The notes beneath the pieces were generated by a model. That model saw nothing but the letters and a program-made list of their open reading frames with translations, was not told the origin of the DNA and made no database searches. The position numbers were made by a program, and so were the translations under genes. DNA of 11,081 nucleotides from Nitrospirota bacterium (lineage in GTDB: Bacteria > Nitrospirota > Thermodesulfovibrionia > Thermodesulfovibrionales > Dissulfurispiraceae): NCBI GenBank assembly GCA_040758355.1, contig JBFLWF010000054.1:1-11081 (forward strand), written 5' to 3'. This document shows positions 1-7,464 of this stretch, piece by piece; the first letter of the stretch is position 1; each line of letters starts with the position of its first letter.

Positions 1-125
1 TATTTTTTCCCATACGGTAATCATACGGATTTTCTCGCCCCTTTGAAAGCTCTTTCCCCATTATTTGAAGCCATGTTATACCGCTTCAAGTCCATCGGTT
101 TACCCACTCTCTTCCACGATGAGCC
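1..125 (-). mobile_element. ISL3-family IS terminus (probably left end; element continues off the window to the left)
   Basis: Reverse complement of 102-125 is GGCTCATCGTGGAAGAGAGTGGGT, 20/24 identical to the IR at 10962-10985 that follows an ISL3 transposase. GGCTC-start IR is typical of ISL3. AT-rich flank TAAAATAA at 126-133. Confidence 0.85.
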
Positions 126-1494
126 TAAAATAAAAACGGCATTGCTAATCTATAGCAAACTGCGATCCAAAACTTCAAAATATGAGCCTGCTAATTTTGC
201 AGGCCGTGGTTTTATATTGAGTCTTATTGCAGATTTAGCAGAGAGGTCAGATGATAGCAATTTCCATTTTGAAGACGGAATGACTGTTATTCAGTGGATA
301 ATATATAAACTTTGCGAGCGAGAGGTAAAGCGTCAAAACCTACCGATTAGTGCTGAACAACAAATAGAAATATTCAGGGAGTTAGCAGAGCTAAAATCAT
401 GTGGAACTATGATTACGACAGAAATGTTTCGGGATATAATTGCTATTTGTGGTGATAGATTAGAACAGAAAGATATAGATGGACTTCTGGAAGGTAGTTT
501 AAAGGATCATCCGCTTATTAGAAAAGATAGATATGGAATCTGGGACTTTGTCCATGAACAAGTACTTTTTGCTCTTTTGGCAGAGCAAATTTTATATTAT
601 GTAGAAAAATCTCCAAGTTCTTTAAGAAAATTTTTTAGTAACATTAAGGTTGAAGGAAGTTTATTGACCGATCTATCTACGGCTATAGTTGACCAAATTT
701 TTAGTATTCCAAATTATGATGCCAAGAATAAGATTAAAGATGTAATTCGTATCTCTATCTCATGTTATGATTCTACTGATCATTTAGATGAAATAGAGCA
801 ATATCAACGAAGCTTATTGACGGTCATCGCGATGATAGCTACGAATCGTCTTTGTCCTCCTGGCAAAGAAAGATTAGAAAGAACTAAAGAATTTGTTTCG
901 TATTTTCCAGATTCATTTCTAAAGGGATTGCATTTCATAGGAACTATTCCTAGCATGGATTTTAGTGGCATTACTTTTGAGAAATGTCGGTTTGATAAAG
1001 TAACATGGGCTAATTGTAAATTTGATGAGACCACCTTGTTTAACGATTACTACTTTTCTGGCGGGAAAGTTGTTAATTGTGAGCACTTTGGTGATTCAAA
1101 ATGGGAAAAGGGGTGGTTAGATTCTGAAGCTAAAGCAATGGTTGACTCTTATCGCGTGGAAGCGAAAAAGAAACAATATACAAAAGTCGATCTTAAAAGG
1201 GATATAGAATATATTATAAATAAGTTTGTACCTAAAGAGAGCGTGGGATTTAAAACAGTATATGAAGAACATCTCATGTCTGGAATTATCGGCCATTCGA
1301 GATACGGCAATGATATTCTTGATGTATTGTGTAAATACTTATTAGAGAAGCATGTGCTTTCAAAAATCTCAGGTTATGCATTCAATATTAAAGATTCGGC
1401 TAAGGAGTCTGTGCAGCATTACATTAACAATGGTGTGTTTACTGGCATGATAGCAGAAGCATATGATGAAATCTGCAAAAAACTAAAACTTTAA
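126..1494 (+). pseudogene. 3' fragment of a NACHT/STAND-type NTPase gene (helical + winged-helix region, pentapeptide-like repeats), interrupted by ISL3
   Basis: ORF 43..1494 has no Walker A/B but has GRGFILSLIADL, IIYKLCEREVKR and WDFVHEQVLFALLAE (F-x-H motif typical of the NACHT winged helix), plus MDFSGITFEKCRFDKVTWANCKF (pentapeptide-like). Codons before 126 lie inside the IS end. Confidence 0.7.
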
Positions 1495-1665
1495 TATAGC
1501 GGGAACTTCATCCTGATTCCGAAGGGAAAAGCGGAGCTTGTACTATTAAAGCACTATACCTATATAGACTGTCATCTATACCTTTTTTTAATTTTTAATC
1601 GGTCTATCAATAAATCACTTACTTGGCTTTATAGTTCTAAAAAAAGAGAAGTTTTTACCCAACAT

Positions 1666-1676
1666 TGTGTTATAAT
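1666..1676 (+). promoter_or_regulatory. Extended -10 sigma70-type promoter of the TA operon
   Basis: TGTG-T-TATAAT is a perfect TRTGnTATAAT; ATG follows at 1682. Confidence 0.7.
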
Positions 1677-1681
1677 ATTTT

Positions 1682-2065
1682 ATGAGCGTAATTACCAAGA
1701 AAATAGGCAAGAAAGAATATGCATACCTCGTGGTCAGGGAGGGCAAGAAGGTAATTCATAAATACCTCGGCCCCGCCGGCAGCCCACAGGTGACCAAAAT
1801 AATGTGTGATAAAAAAGAAGCCAAGGGTGTACCGGAAAAGCTGAAATTCCTTTTTTGGGATACAAGCATCAAAAAGATTCATATTAAGAGAAATGCGCGG
1901 TACATTATTGAAAGGGTTCTGGAGTTTGGAGATATGGAAGCATTAAACTGGCTTCAAAGGGTTTATGTGGTTCAGAAAATTATAGATGTGTTGAGTACAA
2001 GCAGAAATATCTCGCTAAAATCACGAAATTTCTGGCTGATCTGGTTTGGAGCAGAGGATGCATAA
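1682..2065 (+). CDS. Putative antitoxin: DUF6922-like C-terminal domain with a basic beta-rich N-terminal domain
   Basis: FLFWD...YIIERVLEFGD...WL...Y pattern recurs in small partners of AbiEii-type nucleotidyltransferases. Its stop overlaps the next start (ATGCATAA, 2058-2065). Confidence 0.75.
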   Translation: MSVITKKIGKKEYAYLVVREGKKVIHKYLGPAGSPQVTKIMCDKKEAKGVPEKLKFLFWDTSIKKIHIKRNARYIIERVLEFGDMEALNWLQRVYVVQKIIDVLSTSRNISLKSRNFWLIWFGAEDA

Positions 2066-2708
2066 GGAGTGCTTTCCTGAAAAAGGCTGGGCAGTTTTAA
2101 AGAGCCTTAAGCATATATTTTTAAAGCATCATGCAATACTGGCAGGAGGGACTGCATTGGCCCTTCAACTGGGACATAGGATTTCGGTGGATTTGGATTT
2201 CTTTACCGATGAAGAATTTAAGGTGGAATCTGTTATTTCTGAAATAAGAAAGGCAGGGTGTGGTTTCCGCATTATTTCCGAAGGGTCGGAACATATAACT
2301 GCGAATATAGAGGGAATAAAGGTTTCCCTGTTTAAATACGAATATCCATTTCTGGAAAAGCCTTGCGTCCATGAAGAAGTAAAGATTGCTGGAATTTTTG
2401 ATATAGCGTCAATGAAAGTAATAGCCATAAGCCAGAGAGGGACTAAGAGGGATTTTGTAGACCTCTATAGTATTCTGCAGGATATTCCTTTTCACAGAAT
2501 TGCGGAGCATATGATAAAACGCTTTGGAAAAGAAAGGGTAAACCCCATTCATATAGGCAAATCGCTTTCATATTTTTCGGATGCTGAATCCAATCCAGAT
2601 CCTGAGTATATAAAAGGCAAAAGTGTAAAATGGGACGTTGTTAAAAAGTTTTTTAAAAGACATGCCAGGCAATTTACGCTCGACCTTGATGCAGCACTAA
2701 AAGATTAA
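2058..2708 (+). CDS. Nucleotidyltransferase toxin, AbiEii/AbiGii (DUF1814, MenT-like) family
   Basis: LAGGTALALQLGHRISVDLDFF (hGG...DxD), ASMKVIAISQR and KRDFVDLY motifs. ATG 2058 preferred over TTG 2046 because of the stop/start overlap and upstream GGAG/GAGG. Confidence 0.9.
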   Translation: MHKECFPEKGWAVLKSLKHIFLKHHAILAGGTALALQLGHRISVDLDFFTDEEFKVESVISEIRKAGCGFRIISEGSEHITANIEGIKVSLFKYEYPFLEKPCVHEEVKIAGIFDIASMKVIAISQRGTKRDFVDLYSILQDIPFHRIAEHMIKRFGKERVNPIHIGKSLSYFSDAESNPDPEYIKGKSVKWDVVKKFFKRHARQFTLDLDAALKD

Positions 2709-2721
2709 AAATAGTTCACAT

Positions 2722-2787
2722 TTGCCCGCTTCTTAAGAATTTTGTTATAGTTACTTTTAGGCAGACTAATTCCCATAACTTAGGAGG
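2722..2787 (+). promoter_or_regulatory. Putative sigma70 promoter and RBS for the secreted protein/M16 operon
   Basis: TTGCCC (2722-2727), 18-nt spacer, TG-n-TATAGT (2743-2751); AGGAGG at 2782-2787 before ATG 2792. Confidence 0.55.
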
Positions 2788-2791
2788 CAAT

Positions 2792-3103
2792 ATGAAAATA
2801 AGAACTGCTTTATATCTTGGTTTAATGTCTTTTGTTCTATGTGCATTCGCTGCACAGCCCGTATTTTCAGAGGATAAGAATTTAGAGAAGAGCAAGACAC
2901 AGATACTTGAGGATATTGAAACGCTGCGGGCAGGCCTGTTTAAGACAAAGGAATGCGTGGTTGAAGCAAAGACAGAGGCAGAACTTGAAAGATGTCGCGA
3001 AGCAACAAAGATAAGGAGATTCGAAGAGGTTCAGGATAAGCTGTTTGAGATCGGCATGAGCAGGGAAGAGAGAAGGATGAAAAAATCACCGAGGGAATAT
3101 TGA
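2792..3103 (+). CDS. Small exported hypothetical protein (helical, two Cys in the mature part)
   Basis: Strong SD; Sec signal peptide MKIRTALYLGLMSFVLCAFAAQPVFS; charged helical body. Confidence 0.8.
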   Translation: MKIRTALYLGLMSFVLCAFAAQPVFSEDKNLEKSKTQILEDIETLRAGLFKTKECVVEAKTEAELERCREATKIRRFEEVQDKLFEIGMSREERRMKKSPREY

Positions 3104-3109
3104 TATTAA

Positions 3110-4450
3110 ATGCGGCTATTTAAATTCGTCTTAATATTTGCACTTCTATTTATTCCATTTACGATTCACGCAGCGGTTTACCCCGTTAGAAATTCCAATT
3201 CTAACGGGGTAAAGGAATACAAGCTTAAAAATGGTCTTAAAGTCCTTATCATCGAGGACCATAAGGCGCCGCTGGCTACATTCCAGATATGGTACAGGGT
3301 CGGCTCAAAGGATGAGCCGAGAGGGAAGACAGGGATCAGCCATCTCCTTGAGCACATGATGTTCAAAGGCACGCCTAAATACGGATCAAAGGTGTTTTCA
3401 AACATCATCCAGAGAAACGGCGGCACTGACAATGCGCATACAACAAAGGACTACACAATGTACCACCAGACCCTATCATCAGACAGGATAGGCCTTTCCG
3501 TAGAGCTTGAAGCTGACAGGATGCGTAATCTCCTGCTCGATCCAAAAGAGGTTACGAATGAGAGAAATGTGGTTATGGAAGAGAGGCGCATGAGGTATGA
3601 GGATGATCCCCAGAGCTCATTATACGAAGAGGTGATTTCAACAGCATTCAAGGCACATCCGTATCAGTGGCCTGTTATCGGCTGGATGTCTGATATCGCA
3701 TCCATAGAAAGGAAAGAACTCTACAGATATTACAGGTCATACTACTCACCTGACAATGCCTTTATTGTTATCTCAGGGGATGTAAATGCAGAGGATGTAC
3801 TTCCCAAGATCAAAAAGAATTTCGGCAATATAAAACCTTCTAAGAGGAACGTTATAAAAGACGGGACTGAAGAGCCGCAGCAGAGCGGAGAAAGAAGGAC
3901 ATATCTCAAGAAAGAGGCCGAACTTCCTTACATACTTATGGCATACCATGTCCCGAGTTTCCCGCACGAGGACAGCTTTGCCCTCGATGTGCTTTCAACC
4001 ATACTTTCCGCTGGCAAGAGTTCAAGGCTTTACAAGGGCATCGTCTATGAGAAACGGCTTGCCCTTAATGCCTTTGCTGATTACAGCGGGTTTCATAGAG
4101 GCCCCTTCCTTTTTGTTTTCGGCGGCACTGCAGCACCAGGAAAAATCATAGAAGATATTGAAAAGGCAATTTATTATGAGATCGAAAAAGTGAAAAAAGA
4201 AATGCCCTCGGAGAGGGAAATTCAAAAGGCAAAGAACCAGATCGAGGCGTCCTTTGTCTTTGCCCAGGATTCGACCTATTCAAGGGCCTTTTATGCAGGC
4301 ATGTTTGAGATGCTTGGAAACTGGAGATTAATGGAAAAGTATCTTGAGGAAATCAGAAAGGTGAAACCCGAAGATGTACAGGCTGCGGCTAAAAAGTATT
4401 TAATAGATGACAACAGGACAGTGGGGATATTAATCCCGGCGAAAAGATGA
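3110..4450 (+). CDS. M16B (pitrilysin/insulinase family) zinc peptidase, catalytic subunit, exported
   Basis: Inverted zinc motif HLLEH, GGTDNAHT, ERNVVMEERR; N-terminal signal peptide. Confidence 0.95.
   Translation: MRLFKFVLIFALLFIPFTIHAAVYPVRNSNSNGVKEYKLKNGLKVLIIEDHKAPLATFQIWYRVGSKDEPRGKTGISHLLEHMMFKGTPKYGSKVFSNIIQRNGGTDNAHTTKDYTMYHQTLSSDRIGLSVELEADRMRNLLLDPKEVTNERNVVMEERRMRYEDDPQSSLYEEVISTAFKAHPYQWPVIGWMSDIASIERKELYRYYRSYYSPDNAFIVISGDVNAEDVLPKIKKNFGNIKPSKRNVIKDGTEEPQQSGERRTYLKKEAELPYILMAYHVPSFPHEDSFALDVLSTILSAGKSSRLYKGIVYEKRLALNAFADYSGFHRGPFLFVFGGTAAPGKIIEDIEKAIYYEIEKVKKEMPSEREIQKAKNQIEASFVFAQDSTYSRAFYAGMFEMLGNWRLMEKYLEEIRKVKPEDVQAAAKKYLIDDNRTVGILIPAKR
3177..3213. repeat. Perfect 15-bp palindrome with 7-nt spacer inside the M16 catalytic-subunit gene
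   Basis: TTTACCCCGTTAGAA-ATTCCAA-TTCTAACGGGGTAAA. Confidence 0.95.
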
Positions 4451-4465
4451 GCGGGCGGAAAACAG

Positions 4466-4696
4466 ATTTTAAAATGTAAATTGAACGATTTTATACAGGT
4501 CAGGCACGACTCAAAGACTTTGAAAAGTGTTAGTTTAAATGTATATGAAAGATAATAAACGATTCACCCGACAAAGATCCAATGTTGTAGATGACGGGTA
4601 CAGGATAAATGTCCTTGCAAGTGCGGGGTTTAAAGTCTTTTCGCCGCACCTGACCTGTATTTATAAGCGTGGAATTGCTCAATCTTGGGAAAAATT
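4466..4696 (+). mobile_element. MITE-like element, copy A (IR-bounded core 4493-4660; outer limits approximate)
   Basis: ATACAGGTCAGG (4493-4504) and CCTGACCTGTAT (4649-4660) form a perfect IR that extends imperfectly inward (AAAGACTTT/AAAGTCTTT). 4549-4681 matches the reverse complement of 10830-10961 at about 112/133 nt (hand count). Confidence 0.75.
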
Positions 4697-6050
4697 TTTC
4701 TTGTCTTTACTCTGTTGTCTGTTGTCTGTTTTCTGTATTCTGTCCTCCGCTCACGCCATTGAAATAAAGAAACAGACCCTTCCCAATGGCCTGACAGTGC
4801 TCCATGCTGAAAGGCACAATCTTCCCATTGTCATGCTCACGATTCTGATAAAGGCATCTCCGCTTAATGAGCCTGCAGATAAGGCAGGGATTGCATATCT
4901 GACTGCGAAGATGCTTGCCGAGGGGACGCAGAAAAGAAAGGCATCCGAAATCAGCGAGGAAATAGAATTTGTGGGTGCATCCCTTGATGCATCAACAAGC
5001 AGCGATTATACAACCATATCCCTCTCTGTGTTAAAGAAGGATATGGAAAAGGGCTTTGAGATATTTTCAGATGTGCTGCAAAACCCCTCATTCCCGGAAG
5101 AAGAGATAAACAGGAGGAAGGAGATAATAAAGGGCTCGCTGAGGCAGAGCGAAGAAGACCCGTCCTTTGTTGCGAGCAAGGCTTTTATAAAAGAGGTGTT
5201 CGATGAACATCCGTACGGTAGGCTTGTAAATGGAAGCATTGAAAGCATCGACAACATAAAGCGGGACGACATAGCGAGGTTTTATCATGAGCATTATCTG
5301 CCTGAAAATGCAATCCTCTCGGTGGTTGGCGACCTTACATCAGAAGAGCTTGGCGCCCTGATAGAAAGATATATGGGACAATGGAAGGCAGAGGTGGGGC
5401 GTCAGCAGTCAGCAGTCAGCGGTCATCAGTTAGAAACAAAAAAGAATAAACCTAAGATTGTGGTGATAGACAGAGATATTACACAGGCGAATATTGTTTT
5501 GGGGCATCGGGGCATAGCAAGAGATAATCCGGACTATTACGCAGTTTCTGTTATGAACTATATCCTTGGAGGAGGAGGCTTTGCATCCAGATTGATGAAG
5601 GTTGTGCGGGATGAGATGGGGCTTACATATTCCATATATAGCTCATTCTCAGGCAATAAAGAACCAGGACAGTTCGAGGTGGAAGTACAGACAAAGAACG
5701 AATCGGCAGGAATTGTAATTAAAGAGATATTAAAACAGATAAATAAAATAAAAACAGAGACTGTAACTGACCTGGAACTCAAGGATGCAAAGGCATATCT
5801 CACAGGAAGTTTTCCGAGGAGGCTCGAGACGAGCAGGAGGATTGCGGATTTCCTTGCGGCAGTGCAGTTTTATAACCTTGGAGACGATTACATCGAAAGG
5901 TATCCTGATTATATAAATCGGGTAACAAAGAAAGACGTCTTGAGGGTTGCAGAGAAATATCTGAATCCGGAAAACTATGTCCTTGTCATTGTAGGGAATC
6001 AGAAAAAGATAGATCTATCTCATTTTCAGTCGTCTAAAAATATATATTAG
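4539..6050 (+). CDS. M16B peptidase non-catalytic partner subunit; true start uncertain (first ~52 codons derive from the repeat element)
   Basis: TLPNGLTV; HxxEH replaced by YLTAK; ILGGGGFASRL and the R/Y pair in VRDEMGLTY; hydrophobic signal region ending SSAHA at about 4695-4757. Confidence 0.9.
   Translation: MYMKDNKRFTRQRSNVVDDGYRINVLASAGFKVFSPHLTCIYKRGIAQSWEKFFLSLLCCLLSVFCILSSAHAIEIKKQTLPNGLTVLHAERHNLPIVMLTILIKASPLNEPADKAGIAYLTAKMLAEGTQKRKASEISEEIEFVGASLDASTSSDYTTISLSVLKKDMEKGFEIFSDVLQNPSFPEEEINRRKEIIKGSLRQSEEDPSFVASKAFIKEVFDEHPYGRLVNGSIESIDNIKRDDIARFYHEHYLPENAILSVVGDLTSEELGALIERYMGQWKAEVGRQQSAVSGHQLETKKNKPKIVVIDRDITQANIVLGHRGIARDNPDYYAVSVMNYILGGGGFASRLMKVVRDEMGLTYSIYSSFSGNKEPGQFEVEVQTKNESAGIVIKEILKQINKIKTETVTDLELKDAKAYLTGSFPRRLETSRRIADFLAAVQFYNLGDDYIERYPDYINRVTKKDVLRVAEKYLNPENYVLVIVGNQKKIDLSHFQSSKNIY
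4711..4752 (+). repeat. Degenerate 7-bp tandem repeat (TCTGTNN) encoding the signal-peptide H-region
   Basis: TCTGTTG TCTGTTG TCTGTTT TCTGTAT TCTGTCC TCCGCTC. Confidence 0.8.
5401..5435 (+). repeat. Degenerate 7-bp tandem repeat (GTCAGCA) in the interdomain linker
   Basis: GTCAGCA GTCAGCA GTCAGCG GTCATCA GTTAGAA. Confidence 0.8.
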
Positions 6051-6722
6051 CTCGCTTACTGACAACTGCCCTGGCGCTGATGGATGGTTGATATAGCCGT
6101 ATGAGATAAGAGAGCCGAAAAGGGGATTAAATACCCTTGAGGGCAACCCCTTGTTCCCCATGGACATGGTAATTATCCCTGCATCTTTATGTCTCTGTGT
6201 AAGGAACATGAGCCTGATCAAATCCTCCCTATCCTTGGCCATTGCTGCTATCTTCACAATATCGACACCGAGTTCTTTTCCGTGCGCCACAATGCTGTCG
6301 AGGAAACCGCCGTCTGGCGTGAATTCAAAGTTATGGTAAGAGCCGATCAGGAGTTTTCTGTAGGTATTGCAGAGTTTTTTTGTCTCTGTCAGGATATCCT
6401 CAGAGCCTATTTCAACATCTATGACATCGGAAAGCGGGACCACGGCCCTGTAAATACCCAGTCTGTCGGCAATTTCCCTCTGACCACCTTCTTTAACATC
6501 CCGCACCGTGGCGATTATGGGCTTTTTAAAATTCTCTTTGGCGGCTCTGAAGATATTTTCGATGTGGTCTAAGGATATATCTTCAAACATGTCGACCCTT
6601 AGCTCTATCAGGTCGGCAGGGTTCAGGGAATCCTTCTTGGCAGTAAGGACATCTATGTCTGTAAGCACTCCGGCAATAAGAGGCACTTCGCCAAGTTTGA
6701 AATTGCATATGTATATTTCCAT
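6015..6722 (-). CDS. aroD: Type I 3-dehydroquinate dehydratase
   Basis: ADLIELRVD, IATVRDVKEGG, IGSYHNF, DIVKIA (Schiff-base Lys), MSMG, SAPGQ; GGGGTG SD upstream. Confidence 0.95.
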   Translation of the reverse strand: MEIYICNFKLGEVPLIAGVLTDIDVLTAKKDSLNPADLIELRVDMFEDISLDHIENIFRAAKENFKKPIIATVRDVKEGGQREIADRLGIYRAVVPLSDVIDVEIGSEDILTETKKLCNTYRKLLIGSYHNFEFTPDGGFLDSIVAHGKELGVDIVKIAAMAKDREDLIRLMFLTQRHKDAGIITMSMGNKGLPSRVFNPLFGSLISYGYINHPSAPGQLSVSELIYIFRRLKMR

Positions 6723-6748
6723 CGGTACACCCCAAAGAAATTTTCTAT

Positions 6749-6756
6749 ATTATAAT
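6749..6756. promoter_or_regulatory. Overlapping TATAAT boxes on both strands between divergent aroD and methyltransferase genes
   Basis: ATTATAAT gives TATAAT on + (6751-6756) and on - (6754-6749). No convincing -35 on either side. Confidence 0.4.
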
Positions 6757-6839
6757 GATTTGTCCGAAAATGTGCTACCCACTCAGATATCGTCCAACGC
6801 TCAGATTCAAAGTAAGAGAAAAATGATATAATTAGAGCC

Positions 6840-7376
6840 ATGAAAATATGCCCGTCATATCTTTCGTTTATTTTATACAACCCTATAAGGAAGGCATTGA
6901 CGGATAGGAAAAGGATACTGGACGAATCAGGGATAACCGCATCTTCTGTTGTCCTCGAGATCGGGGCAGGCAATGGATTTATAACAGAGGCCATTGCACA
7001 GAGGGCAAAGAAGGTTTATGCCAATGAGCTCCAGCCCGGCATGGTGAAAAAGCTCAAGAAGAGAATGGAGAAATTCGGGGATAAAGTGGATATACTATTA
7101 TGTGACATTGCAAATTGTGATATTGGAGAAGAATTTGCGGATGCTGGTATAATGTATTACAGCTTTCACGAAATCGGCAATCAGGCCGGTGCGGTCAGGA
7201 ATATCGGGAAGGTAATAAAGAAGGACGGAACATTATCCATCTACGAGCCTACCATAGAGGTCAATAAGGCTGCAATGCAGAAGACCGCAGGGATGTTTGA
7301 GGCAGTTGGTTTTGAGAAGGAAGTAGAGCGTGACGGATCGTTTACAAGGTTTGTGAGGCTAAGGAGAGTAAAATAG
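6840..7376 (+). CDS. Class I SAM-dependent methyltransferase
   Basis: Motif I VLEIGAGNG, VYANELQ, SFHEI, VIKKDGTLSIYE. Confidence 0.9.
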   Translation: MKICPSYLSFILYNPIRKALTDRKRILDESGITASSVVLEIGAGNGFITEAIAQRAKKVYANELQPGMVKKLKKRMEKFGDKVDILLCDIANCDIGEEFADAGIMYYSFHEIGNQAGAVRNIGKVIKKDGTLSIYEPTIEVNKAAMQKTAGMFEAVGFEKEVERDGSFTRFVRLRRVK

Positions 7377-7448
7377 GGCGGTTAGCTCAGTTGGGAGAGC
7401 ACCACGTTCGCAACGTGGGGGTCGGGGGTTCGACTCCCCTACCGTCCA
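7376..7448 (+). tRNA. tRNA-Ala(CGC), CCA not encoded
   Basis: Acceptor stem GGGCGGT/ACCGTCC with G3:U70 and discriminator A; D arm GCTC/GAGC; anticodon arm CCACG-TTCGCAA-CGTGG; T loop GGTTCGACTCC; followed by CTT. Confidence 0.97.
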
Positions 7449-7464
7449 CTTTTAGTTTTCAGAC

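Noticed and set aside
65..89. TTGAAGC/GCTTCAA hairpin
   Set aside because: Short and internal to the IS end; no function can be assigned.
43..125. TTG start and N-terminus of the 483-aa ORF
   Set aside because: Lies within the ISL3 end, so it is unlikely to be the native start.
1563..1589. TATAGA/TCTATA hairpin followed by a T run, as a terminator
   Set aside because: AT-rich 6-bp stem is too weak to call.
1655..1691. Possible operator palindromes at the TA promoter (AACA-TTG-TGTT; TTAC...GTAA)
   Set aside because: Arms of only 4 bp, expected by chance in AT-rich DNA.
4539..4694. Repeat element as a conserved peptide-coding module
   Set aside because: The frame is also open in copy B, but most differences are non-synonymous, so there is no sign of coding constraint.
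4471..4695. AAAAT as target-site duplication of the repeat element
   Set aside because: Low complexity, also present at the end of copy B, and removing it does not restore the reading frame.
7376..7448. Functional link between the CCA-less tRNA and the nucleotidyltransferase toxin, or use as an integration site
   Set aside because: 4.7 kb apart with unrelated genes between; CCA-less tRNA genes are common; no duplicated tRNA 3' end or integrase seen.
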